From positions 12,276,001 to 12,340,000 of the forward strand of contig OU015569.1 in NCBI GenBank assembly GCA_907165135.1: a stretch of 64,000 nt of DNA, in the 5' to 3' direction. Source of the stretch: Oikopleura dioica. Taxonomy: Eukaryota; Animalia; Chordata. This document shows positions 22,158-33,273 of the stretch, in pieces. A program made the position numbers and the translations under genes. The notes under the pieces were generated by a model, which saw only the letters and a list, made by a program, of their open reading frames with translations, was not told where the DNA came from and did not search any database. Each line of letters starts with the position of its first letter. Within the stretch, counting starts at the first letter, position 1.

Positions 22158-24842
22158 TTATTCTTCTCGCTTCTCAAATCGCATCATGGAAAATTTCGGA
22201 AAACGCATTGACAAGTCTTCAGCAATGTCCATATTTCCAGCCGTTCTAGGTAACAAAATATAGACCAAGTAAAAGCATTGTTGCAAATTTTGCTTTATTT
22301 TTGCTGAGCTGAGCTGATCTGAGTAGAAATTTCTCTGAGCTGAGATGAGCTGGCCTTATTTTAATGAAGTTGAGCTGAGCTGAGCGGACCCTCATTAGAG
22401 CTGAGCTGAGCTGAGCTCAATGATAATTGTCTGAGCTGAGGTGAGCTGAGCTGGCCTTTTTAAGGAAGTTGAGCTGAGCTGAGCTTAGTGATAATTGTCC
22501 GAGCTGAGCTGAGCAGATCAGCTCATTTTTAAAACTCACTGAGCTGAGCTGAGCGACTGCCCAGCTCACTCAGTTAGCTCAGCTCACGCAGCTCAGCAAA
22601 TTTGCAACTCTGAGCAAAAGTACAAAGATTTCGAACCTGACAAGTCGATATTCTCGAACAATGTTCGTGGCGAAAATAAACTGCTCTTCGATGGCGATTT
22701 GTTTTCCAATGCAGTTCCTCAGTCCAACAGAAAAGCTGCAAACGCGCATGTCGTGAACGTACTCCCCATTCTTGAGAAAGCGATCGGGAATGAACTTGTC
22801 TGGCTGAGGGAAGTTCGCTGGGTTCGCGAAGACAGCAGCCATCGAGGCTAACAATCATTTTCAGAGAATAAAAAGATAAGGAAAGTTAACCGTAAAGCGT
22901 GGATCCTTTCTCAATCAAAACGCCGTCGACGACCATGTCTTCTGAAGCCTGATGCGGGATGTTTTCAGGAGCAGCTGGATTCAATCGCATGTTTTCGAGC
23001 AGAACGGATCTTGTATATGGGCGAAAAGGGTTCAAAAAAGGTAAAAAATTATATTATATTATATTATATTATATTATATTTTATTATATTATTACTAATT
23101 TAGTTATAATAATCAATCAGGAAAAAGTAAAGTTTTCGAACCCCGATGTCAGTTTTCCTTCTTGATATCATTATCTGTCTCCAGCGAATTCATGATTTCT
23201 CGATGCATTTTGTCTTGCACTTCTGGCCGGTCGGAAAGAACTGCGCACAACCAAGTCAAGGTATTCCTTCAAACATCGACTGACAAGTTCATTTTTTCGT
23301 GAATACTCACGCAAGAGTGTCGCTAGCAGCAGCGTAAATGATAAGAGCAGTTCCAGCGACGACGTCGAAGCCCAGCCGCGGCTCATTTTCCGCCTCAATA
23401 AGGATCATATCTTGAAAATAAATAAACATATAAATGGGCCCCTTTTGTTACCTAAAAATCCCTTGGATTGCTCTTGTCGAGCGTTTCTCTGTGCTTGACG
23501 ACGTTTTCGAAGCAGAACTGATTGAACTTCTTGTGCGCTCCGTAGTACTTGTCCAAGGTCGCTTTCCAGATCATTTGGTAAAGAGGATTTTGTGAAATGA
23601 AAAGAGGCAATTTGCCAGCCGCCGTTTTCTTTAAAAGAACCGGAACGATTGTTTCAAACACAATCTTCATTTGCTCTTCTAGCATCTTGAACACTAAATT
23701 TTCGTCAGGACTCGAGAACTTAAGAATTATCACCTGGATCGTCAAAGTCGAAAGTTGTTCCGAAAGCAAAGCCTGTGACTGGGCTCGGCAACCTGTGTAG
23801 AAAGCCTGAGTCAGGGTCTGAAAGAGCTGAAATGAAAAGCCGCGCTAGAATTTTTGATAGATTGTAATGGTAGTATTTTCATTCTGCGCGGCTTTTCATT
23901 TGAGCTCTTTCAGACCCTGACTCAGGTTTTCTACACAGGTTGCCGAGCCCAGGCCTGTGATGACATTCATAGTGCCATTTACGAAAACCGCTTTGGGGTC
24001 GATGCCTTCTTCCGAGCTTCCTTTTGGCCGAGAATGCGATTCACGGACTCGGAGCTCTGCTCGATTATTTCGATGATTCGGTTCCGCCCGGTGAGTTTTT
24101 TCGTCGTTTCGTACCAAATTGTTCGAAACTTTCTGTGGAAGTCATCGTAAGGCCCATCCGCCAGTCCTGAATTGTATCCCGGGCCATTCTTGATCAGCTG
24201 GTCCTCTGCGCCCAGTATTTCCAGAGCCTGTTTGTCCATCTCGTAGTGTTTGACATTCCTTTCCGTGTCGACTTTTATCTTCGCGTTGTAATCTCGATTC
24301 GAAAGCTCCTTTTGCGCGAACGCTTCCTTCATGAAGTCGAAATCCGTGATCATGTAAAAATTGCTTCAAGGCTTAAATTGGTAGACGTTTGTTATGTCCC
24401 AAAATGTCCCCGAATGTCTTGAATGTCCCCAAATGTCCCGAATGTCCTCAAATGTCCCGAATGTCCCCGAATGTCCCGAATGTAGTAAAAAGTCGGGGAC
24501 ATTCGAAACATTCGGGTACATTCGGGACATTTGAGGACATTCGGAGACATTTTGGACATTCGAGGACATAAGAGGGGCGTTCCCTTAAATTTGTGCTCTT
24601 GGCCGATTTTTGGATAACTACTTGCTATAAGCCATTCCTATAAGTCGAAAAGGGATACAGCTCAGGGCGAAAGATTTTTGGCAAATTTCCCTTTTGAAGG
24701 CTTCGGCGAGGTCTTTCGCGTTTTGAGCTTTTTGCAAGGAGAATGGAAAGCTCGGAATCGGGTGAAATTTGTACTTCAGCCAAATTTGCAGCAGTCGCCC
24801 GAAAACGAGGACCAGCAAAGTCAAAAATAGAAACGAAATCAT
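22158..24842 (-). CDS. Cytochrome P450, CYP2-clan-like, multi-exon
   Basis: N-terminal TM anchor; DPKAVFVNGTMNVITG|FAFGTTFDFDDP; PANFPQPDKFIPDRFL (PERF); heme motif FSVGLRNCIG. Confidence 0.92.
22276..22612. mobile_element. hAT-like MITE with (GAGCT)n arms, 8-bp TSD
   Basis: Ends CATTGTTGCAAATTT / AAATTTGCAACTCTG; flanks AGTAAAAG and AGCAAAAG (1 mismatch). Confidence 0.8.
23779..23952. mobile_element. CTGGGCTCGG-family MITE inserted into a P450 exon; forms intron 23773-23954
   Basis: Perfect TSD GCCTGTGA at 23771-23778 and 23953-23960; long perfect TIRs; removing the element plus one TSD restores NVITGFAFG. Confidence 0.92.
24394..24570. repeat. Foldback of 9-10-bp AATGTCCCG units in P450 intron 1
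   Basis: Forward units 24394-24482, then inverted units (ttcgggacat) 24493-24570. Confidence 0.85.
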
Positions 24843-26384
24843 CTTTGCTCTCTTTGCTGAGGTAACCACTTTGAAAGCAGAACCAGTCAGTTGTTTATTT
24901 TAAGGAGCAAGCGACCACCAAAGAACAAATATTTCATTCGCTTTCTCCGACCTTTACATTCTTTCCCGAACGCTGCTGCGTGAACGTTCGCCAAAGAACA
25001 AACATGCTCTTTTTCTCCAGAATTAACTCGTCCGCTTCGCAAAAAGCAACCAAAGTGCAGGCTCAAACAGAGTTGCCATTTCGCTCCCATCAAAAATTAT
25101 GACTACCGTAGTCTACCGTGACCAAAGATGCTACCGCTTTCAAGCTCGGCTCCGCGACAAAGTTTGATCCCCATCAACCCGTGCTTACTGTCAGAAATTT
25201 AGCGGGAGAAGAGAAATTCGAGAGCGAAATTTCCAGCTGAGTGGAGAAACTCGTGGAGAAGCACGAGGAAAAATGAAGTCGGCGAGGTAGAAATTCGAAG
25301 TCGGAATCGAAGAGGTCATATAAATACGCTGCGATCTTCGCATTCTTGTCCGGAAGTCAAAAAATTGTGAATTTGGTTGTTGAATAAGTTGAACTCTTGA
25401 AAACTAGAATAAGAGAGTAAACCGAAATTAAAGAGAGCTCGGACGAAGATGCTGTTTGACGATATTCCTCGATTTAGGCGGACTTTATCCAAATGCAGAG
25501 TTTATCAAAATGGATAAAGTCAAAATTGGATAATCTCCGCAGATGGATAAAGTCCGCCATTTTTTCTTCTAAAATTTTCTAGAACAAAGGATTTTTTCCA
25601 AAAATGGATAAACGCGATCACTTTTTCATTGATAATTCTTAAATAATGCCTTTCAAATCATATAGAACATTATACTCAACACCCCTCACAGCCTAAGAAA
25701 GTTACATATCGTATCGCTGAAGGCTTCTGCTAAGTCATAAGAACTGATCGAAAAAGCGACCTGGTCGGAAACGAGCACCGAACGGCGAGTTGGAAGTTGT
25801 GTACGCCAATTGTGCCCAGATTCACCGAACAACCCGACCATGGATAATTAAAATAAACCTCTTAAAAATCTTGCCATTCAGGGCGAATCTACTGCAACAG
25901 CAGTTATTTGCTTATGATAGTTAAAAATACATAGTTAATACGAACAACCGTCTCTACGAACCAACTGGTTCCTCCTTCAACAACCCAATCAGCTTTCCTG
26001 GCACCCGTTATTCTGATGACTCGACGGAACTTTATAAAAAATATGTATTCTTTGTTATTTATACACAAAAACGCAAATCTTCAACAAATTAAAGTTTTTA
26101 TAAACCAATAAATCACAAAAGCACTTTTTCAAATGAATAGTCAGTGTCATATTTAAAATATGATATTTTTGTAACTTAGTAGTAAACAAGTCAGTGAAAA
26201 TAGTCAGTAAATATAATACTGAAATTTTTTAAAGTGTGCCAAAGAGAGAGACAGGCAAATTCCTCAAGTAAGATTAAACGGGTTAAATATTCTGTAAGTT
26301 TTTGTTAATGTTTTGCCTTTGAAAATACCCCTGAAGGGTGTAAATATACAGTTTTTAGTAAAAGAAATCAGGTGAAATGAATTG

Positions 26385-26424
26385 ATTGGCAAGCTTTCGG
26401 CATTTCGCCATCATCAGGCCACTG
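26385..26424 (-). ncRNA. Minimal type I hammerhead ribozyme motif (inverted copy)
   Basis: Exact reverse complement of 26614-26653. Confidence 0.7.
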
Positions 26425-26613
26425 AATGGTTCAATAGATACAGAAAAAGTAGGGAGGACTTACGGTGAAACAGGACAAGTCCTGAGTGAGTTAGAAATGG
26501 GGGAAGGGTAACCGGCAAAACGAAGTCTAGAGAATTTTATGAAAAGAGTCTAGAGACTTTTTCACACAAATTGTGCGCAGCTGAGCGCAAGAGAGGGAAC
26601 CCAGCGAAGTGGC

Positions 26614-26653
26614 CAGTGGCCTGATGATGGCGAAATGCCGAAAGCTTGCCAAT
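26614..26653 (+). ncRNA. Minimal type I hammerhead ribozyme motif, Penelope-like-element type
   Basis: UGGC (stem I)-CUGAUGA-U-GGCG/AAA/UGCC (stem II)-GAAA-GC-UU (palindromic stem III AAGCUU)-GCCA (stem I), followed by AATAAA. Confidence 0.75.
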
Positions 26654-26858
26654 AAATTATTACGAAAACAACATTATGAAACGTCAACTTCAATTACGAA
26701 ATGAATTGAGTTCGTGTTTGAAAAATACGTTTATTTTTTCGGGTTCTTCTTCCTATTAAGGCGTTTCAGCGCTCTTTTTCATTACCTCTGTAACGTTCAA
26801 CAGCGTCTAAAATTTGTCCTTCTTCAAACCCCATCTAAATCGCATAATTAAAGAATAA

Positions 26859-29800
26859 TTACTTATTTTTATTGATATTGAAATTTACCGCTTTTGAATT
26901 TTGGATTGCAGTTGCTATCGCAGGCTTGTGACTCAAAGTGATTGAATATGCCTGAGGAAGAAGATGCCATTTTCCTTTCTTCAAGTTGAATTTCTCATGA
27001 ACCAAATTAATGATTTCGTTGTTGGCTCCTTTATAAACGTAATTGCTGCTGGAGAGTTTGAACATCATATTTATATCACTCGCGTAGTATGGCCGGTCGA
27101 GCGGAATTCTGAGTTGATTGCCATGTACCCTACCCTGATGTTTGATGAGAGTATTCTGGAGAACGTATTCGCGGTTTTCGACTCGGTCAAGCACCATTTG
27201 GTGCATTAAAAACTACCGTCATCGTTTTGATACACGCCGGTAACAGTCAGCGGACGGTCTAATTTGAAATTTTCGTGAAGGAGCACTTATCAATGAAAAG
27301 TTCTGGAAAATGAGTGATAATGTAACTTTACCTTGTTTAAAATCGAAATCAGCTTTTGAGTTTTTCCCTTTGTCGATCATCTCCCATCCAGTGGGATGAA
27401 AATAAGTTTTGAACTTGAGTCTTTTGAGAAGCGTTTCGATTTCAGTGTGTTGAAAAGACTGTTCTTCTTCTTTGGGGTTGAGAGTTAATCCGGCCAAGCT
27501 GCGGGGATAAACAATCATTGTGATTGTTGTCAAAACTCTTTCCATCGAGAAAAATATTGCCATTTTATTATCGTCTATACTAGGGTCGGACACAAAAAAT
27601 TTTTGAAAGCCGCAAAAGGGAAATATATATGAATCGAAAGAGCAGAAGCTAGCGATTCGAATGATATATGTCTCGATGCCGTGAGAGTTGGGAATATTTT
27701 TTAAATAATTTTTAAAGTTTCAAAAAACGTGATAATTATACGGGATTCAAGAATTTCAACTTTTGTTCTAGGCGTGCTATGATTACGATCGATAGCTTTT
27801 CTTGAAGCTCAGTAATCACTGAATTCATCGAGGTGATATTTTTGGAACCAGCTGGTCATTCTGGTGGTTCGTCGCGGTTCAAACCTTTGGATGGATTGAG
27901 ATCCGGCAATATGCATATCAAAATGCATATTTTTTGATAAGAAGTAGTTCCAACAGATTTTCAAACAAAACCACTTCGTTGACCGACCGGTTCACAGCGG
28001 TTCAAAACGGTTCACGCTCCGAGTATTCACAAAATATTGAAATATGTATATCAAAATGCTTCTCTACTAAAAAGGAGTTTTTCAAACTGATTTTCGAACA
28101 GAACCACTTGGCTAACCGCCCGGTTCACAGTGGTTCAAAGCGGTTCACGGTCTGAATACCCACAAAATATTGTAATATGTATATCAAAATGCCTATCTAC
28201 TCAAGAGGACTCTAAAACTTACTTTCGAACAGAACCACTTGGCTTACCGCCCGGTTCACAGCGGTTCACGGTCTGAATATTCACAGAATATTGAAAGATG
28301 TATATGAAAATGCTGTTCTACTCAAGAGGAGTCTTTTAAACTGATTAACGAACCAAACCACTTGGCTAACCGCCCGGTTCAGAGCGGTTCAGAGTGGTTC
28401 ACGCTCTTAGTATTCACAAAATGCTGAGATATAAATATCAAAATGTATCTCTAGCTTAAGAAGTCATTTTAACAGATATTCGAACCAAACTACTTGGCTA
28501 AATGACTGGTTCGTCGTGGTTCAAGACAGTTCATCTTCTTTTTACAGTCCCATTCATAAAATTGAGTCTGCGACGGGGCGAAGCCGATCCGAAGGTGAGG
28601 CCAGTCTCGTTTATTCAATTGAGTCGGTGGCGGGGCGAAGCCGACCCGAAGGAGAAGCCAGTCTCGTTTATTCAACTGAGTTTGCGACGGGGCCAAGCCG
28701 ACCCGAAGGGAGGCCAGTCTCGTTTATTCAATTGAGTCCGTGACGGGGCGAAGCCGACCCGAAGGGAGGCCAGTCTTGTTTATTCAATTGAGTCTGTGAC
28801 GGGGCGAAGCCGACCGGAAGGGAGGCCAGTCTCGTTTATTCAATTCAGTTTGCGACGGGGCGAAGCCGACCCGAAGGGAAGCCAGTCTCGTTTATTCAAT
28901 TGAGTTTGCGACGGGGCGAAGCCGATCCGAAGAGGAGGCCAGTCTCGTTTATTCGCAGACTTAATTGAATAAACTGGACTGGCCATTCGGATCGACCTGG
29001 CCCCGTCCCAGACTGAATTAAATAAACGGAACCGGCCTCCCCTTCGGGTCGGCTTGGCCCCGTCGCAAACTCAATTGAATAAACGAGACTGGCCTCCCTT
29101 CGGGTCGGCTTCGCCCCGTCGCAAACTGAATTGAATGAACGAGACTGGCCTCCCTTCGGGTCGGCTTCGCCCTGTCACAGACTCAATTGAATAAACGAGA
29201 CTGGCCTCCCCTTCGAGTCGGCTTCGCCCCGTCGCAGACTCAATTAAATAAACGAGACTTTCCTTCCCTACGGGTTAGGGTTATATTTCAGCATTTTATT
29301 GATACTAAGAGCGTGAACCGCTTTGAACCACTGTGAACCGGGCGGTTAGCCAAGTGTTCGGAAATCAGTTTGAAAGACTCTTTTTAGTAGAGAAGCATTT
29401 TGATATACATATTTCAATATTTTGTGAATACTCGGAGCGTGAACCGTTTTGAACCGCTGTGAACCGGTCGGTCAACGAAGTGGTTTTGTTTGAAAATCTG
29501 TTGGAACTACTTCTTATCAAAAAATATGCATTTTGATATACATATTGCCGGATCTCAATCCATCCAAAGGTTTGGACCGCGACGAACCACCAGAATGACC
29601 AGCTGGTTCCAAAAATATCACCTCGATGAATTCAGTGATTACTTAGCTTCAAGAAAAGCTATCGATCGTAATCATAGCACGCCTAGAACAAAAGTTCAAA
29701 TTCTTGAATTCTCGTATCTGGTAGTTTCAGTCAACTTCGAGGCGCTAGAAAATCTCAGAGGATACCCAGATCATTTATTTTCCCAGTTATGAGAAGAAAA

Positions 29801-32305
29801 CGCTTTGAAAGCTCCAATATAAGCCATTGACCATGTTTCTAGCACCTATAAACCAGAAATAATTCTTGGAGATTCCTTTTAAAAACGTGAAATTTTCCAT
29901 ATTTGTCCTGTTCGGACATAAGAAAAAATTTTTTAAAAATATTCCCAATAGCTATGCATAAAATTTTTATTGAGGATAAAAGCCAAGTGTCTGTTACATA
30001 TAAACACCCATTATTGAGATTGCGGCTATTAGATTTTTTGAGATAAGGCTGTTTTAATATAGCTATTTAAAGAAAAATATGTCACTTGAAAAGTAAAAGG
30101 CGTCGCAACTGTCCTTATTTTTCATTTTTGCCTCTGAAATTTGTCTCGCATATATTTTGAACCCTTTACTGCAAATAACAAAGAGAAAATAGCTCATCAG
30201 CATTCATTATATATTGAATTCGATTTTTTAAAGCTTTTTAGCCAAAAAATAGCCATTTTTAGGGCTTTTAGCCTCTCTAATCCAACGTTCACCACCAATG
30301 GTGCTAAATTTTTGTGGGTGGGGGTTTTTGACCATGCTGAATTCGGTACTGATGAGAAAAAAGGATTTGAGAACTTTTTTCTGTGTCCGACCCTAGTCTA
30401 TACCCAAGTCATTTTGGAGTGCCCATCTGAGAAGAGTACTGACTGAAATTGGGACACAAAGATTCGTGTCTTTTTGGTCGACAATATTCTGCGTCAGATT
30501 TTCAAAGTCTTGGTTCATTTGCTTCGTGTATTGTCCCTTCCAATTCGCCAGGACTTTCGATTTCGTTAGATTTGAATCGAGAGCGAAATCAAATTTTGAG
30601 TTTTTCAAGGAAATGATTTTTGAAACGCTTTTGATTTCTTCGATTGACGGTTTTTTTGAAGAGAGCCATTCCGCCTTGCTAGACTAAAATAATAAGATTA
30701 AAAATATTATACAAGTCAATTCTTCGTTTTTATCAAAAAATTGTACCTTCAGCTCGTTTTCGATTTCTAATCTATCTTCATCCGTTTCCATTGGCATAAA
30801 CAAAAGACTCCACGCGGTTTTCCAGTCACAAAGGGTCCAAATGTGGACTGGAAACTCAGGACTTCCACCACTATTTGCGGTACTGTCCAACTGCTGAATT
30901 TGCGTAAAAGCCGCTGTACCAGCCCCTAAAGAAATTGGAGGGTTATAATGTTTTCATGTTCAGAAAAATAAACTAACCAATGAAACTGGCAAGAACAAAT
31001 TTGTCGCCTCTCCTTCTATAACCCATTTGTCGAAATCTCTCGCTTTTTGATCCTTCGATGATGCCGAAATCTGTCCACACGGGTACAATACCAGAGTTTC
31101 CCTTTTTCAGGAGAACGTTCTCCGGTTTTGCATCAAGATGTTTGATCCCTACGGCTCGCAAATATTCTAATCCCTCCATGACTCCTTTTGCTATTTCTTT
31201 TCTCTCTTCTAATTCCAACTTGTTTCCTCTAAGCAGTGTTCTCAAATCACCATCACACTTCTCCATGACTGTGATCCAGCCAAGACAGTCCTGTTTCTTG
31301 CTATCTTCTTTCAAAAAATCTCAATATTTGAGAAATTTTTTATCACATTTTGATGAAACGGGATCGCACTGTCGTGTCCATCGTGTCGATAAGTCGGCTT
31401 TGCAACTTCGCAATCTGAATTTTTATTTTTCTAGCTTCGAAGTTCAATTATTTAAGGACCCCCGTCAGCGAAAAATGAAAATTTTCAAAAATGCCGTATT
31501 TTTTGTTCTGAATGCGACTGGAAATAAGATTTAGTATAAAATCTTGACCTGAGCAAGTTTTGACCAATAAAACTCGAAAATTTTACCAAAAATTTCAAAC
31601 GTCATTTTTCGACGAAAAGTCGAATTTTCAAACGCGATTTTGAGGGTGTTAGAGTCGAGATAGACCCCAAAAAATCATGCCTCAAAATCGTTTTTTGACC
31701 TGTAGAATCCATTTCCGGGGTCAAAATTTTGAAATTCCGAAAATTGATTTTTCGAGGGGGGTCCTTAAATTACCTGCTGAAAGATGAATTTCAAAATGGA
31801 GCTCATCCGAGTTCTTAATTAATCGCTGAGTATTCGAAGCTGCTGGAAACTCCTCCGTAAAAAGGGCCGGGTCGAAACATTGGACTCGAACGGCGACATC
31901 CAACTTCCCAAAAGTCTCGTTTAAAATTATTGCTTCTCCGCCAGCTGAAATTTTTTTCTTCTCCAATGTTGGATCAAGAATCCATTCTCCCTCTTCTCTT
32001 TTTAACTTAGATCGCTCAAGCTTTTTTCCTCCAAAATCTGGATTTCGCTCAAGAATTTTCTCTTGTAACTTGGTGATAATCCACTTTTCTTTAAAGGAAT
32101 CATGTTTGCCTTCTCCATCGTCAAAAGTAACCTCGTCCCATCGACCACGTGGATACTCTTGAAACTCCATTCTCTCGACGGACAAGATAAGTCTGTCCGA
32201 ATCGTCCCTCGTTGTTTTTCTCTTCAAAAGCATATGAAAACCGTCAAGCCAGTTCTTAATGACTTCTCTCGTCAATTCTTTTGGATGCCCCGTTACTTTT
32301 GTCAT
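26859..32305 (-). CDS. Atypical protein kinase fused to a papain-like peptidase domain; interrupted by a 2.8-kb element and two homopolymer frameshifts (possibly a pseudogene)
   Basis: Kinase motifs ISAGGEAII, VAVRV, HQNVIKN, WITVMEKCDGDL, HLDAKPENVLL, TDFG, GT; then NIVDQKDTNLCVPIS ... MHQMVLDRVENREYVLQNT. Confidence 0.75.
27581..30395. mobile_element. Non-autonomous hAT-like element (2815 bp) with an internal foldback structure
   Basis: TIR TAGGGTCGGACAC / GTGTCCGACCCTA; perfect 8-bp TSD GTCTATAC (27573-27580, 30396-30403); no transposase ORF; ~27770-28080 is inverted at ~29380-29700. Confidence 0.92.
28560..29270. repeat. Two opposed tandem arrays of a 56-57-bp unit (about 7 forward and 5 reverse copies)
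   Basis: Unit GAGTCTGCGACGGGGCGAAGCCGACCCGAAGGGAGGCCAGTCTCGTTTATTCAATT; orientation flips near 28955. Confidence 0.95.
31456..31764. mobile_element. TTAA-flanked MITE (GGACCCCC...GGGGGTCC) in a kinase intron; related copy at ~40937-41245
   Basis: TTAA at 31452-31455 and 31765-31768; internal sequence shared with the 40.9-41.2 kb copy. Confidence 0.8.
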
Positions 32306-33273
32306 TTTCGAAAATTTAAATTTTCTTACAATTTAACTTTTATGAGAGCTAACTCTACTGAATAATGCGTTGCGGAGTTATAGTCGTTTTACCGGGTCAG
32401 ATGAGAATCCGTGCGCTGCGTCGTTAAAAAGTAGTTAAAAAGTCATGGGAAACCTACATAGTATTCATCTGCGAAATATCTAATGATTAACGTCTGCTTC
32501 CTGTCATCAATTCGGATTAGCGTAAAATGAAAATTCTCAATAATAAAACGACATTCCACAAGAACGTGCTACTTGGTCAATTTTGCAACTGGAGCGAATT
32601 GTGTTTATTCTTATAGTTCGTTTCGTTCAATAAAATTCTAGTTCTCAGTTTTAAACTGTTTTAAAATGAAGCCTTTTTTAAAATGAGGCCATATCAGTTT
32701 ATGAACATACCGATTCCGCAAATTATTTTCTGAAGTAATTTATTTCTCACGAAACAAATTTTTGGGCTATTATTTAGCTGTAAAATGGAGGCGCGCAATC
32801 ACTTTGAAGGGACTAGTGCCCGGCGCCGGAGCCACTTTCCGCCCAGAGCAAGAGTTCGAAAAGTCCGCGAAATTTCCTCTCGGCCTTGCGCCCGAGCGCC
32901 CTCACCCGCTTGCAGTCAGTCCGAATGAAATCGCGGTACAAAAGGCAAGTCGCTTTTGATAGCAAGGAAGAGTCAAATCTATGGCCATGATCAATCGAAC
33001 GTTCAGACTCTTCTTCGCTTCCTGAAGAAGCAAAATAGATAACTCCTCGAACGTCACTGTCAAAAACTGGAATACACATCAAAATTAATTACGTCTCGAT
33101 TTATTTTTTGTTTTTGTAAAATGCAGCGCTCCTTCTGTCAGAGAAAAAGTTAAAATTTTGTGAATTGAGCCAAAAATTGTGGAGTTAAAAATTTTGCGAA
33201 TAAATTTGTCATGAAAGAAAAAAGTTCGCGACGTTTCGTCGACATTTTCTATTTTCGCCTTGTTTAGATTCTT

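Noticed and set aside
24887-25360. Additional gene upstream of the P450
   Set aside because: Coding-like composition and one GTAAGC donor, but no consistent reading frame or domain.
28560-29270. CRISPR array
   Set aside because: Units are contiguous near-identical repeats with no unique spacers; eukaryotic context and no cas genes.
32762-33082. Retroelement or gene fragment in the 89-aa minus-strand ORF
   Set aside because: No RT, RNase H or integrase motif that I could support.
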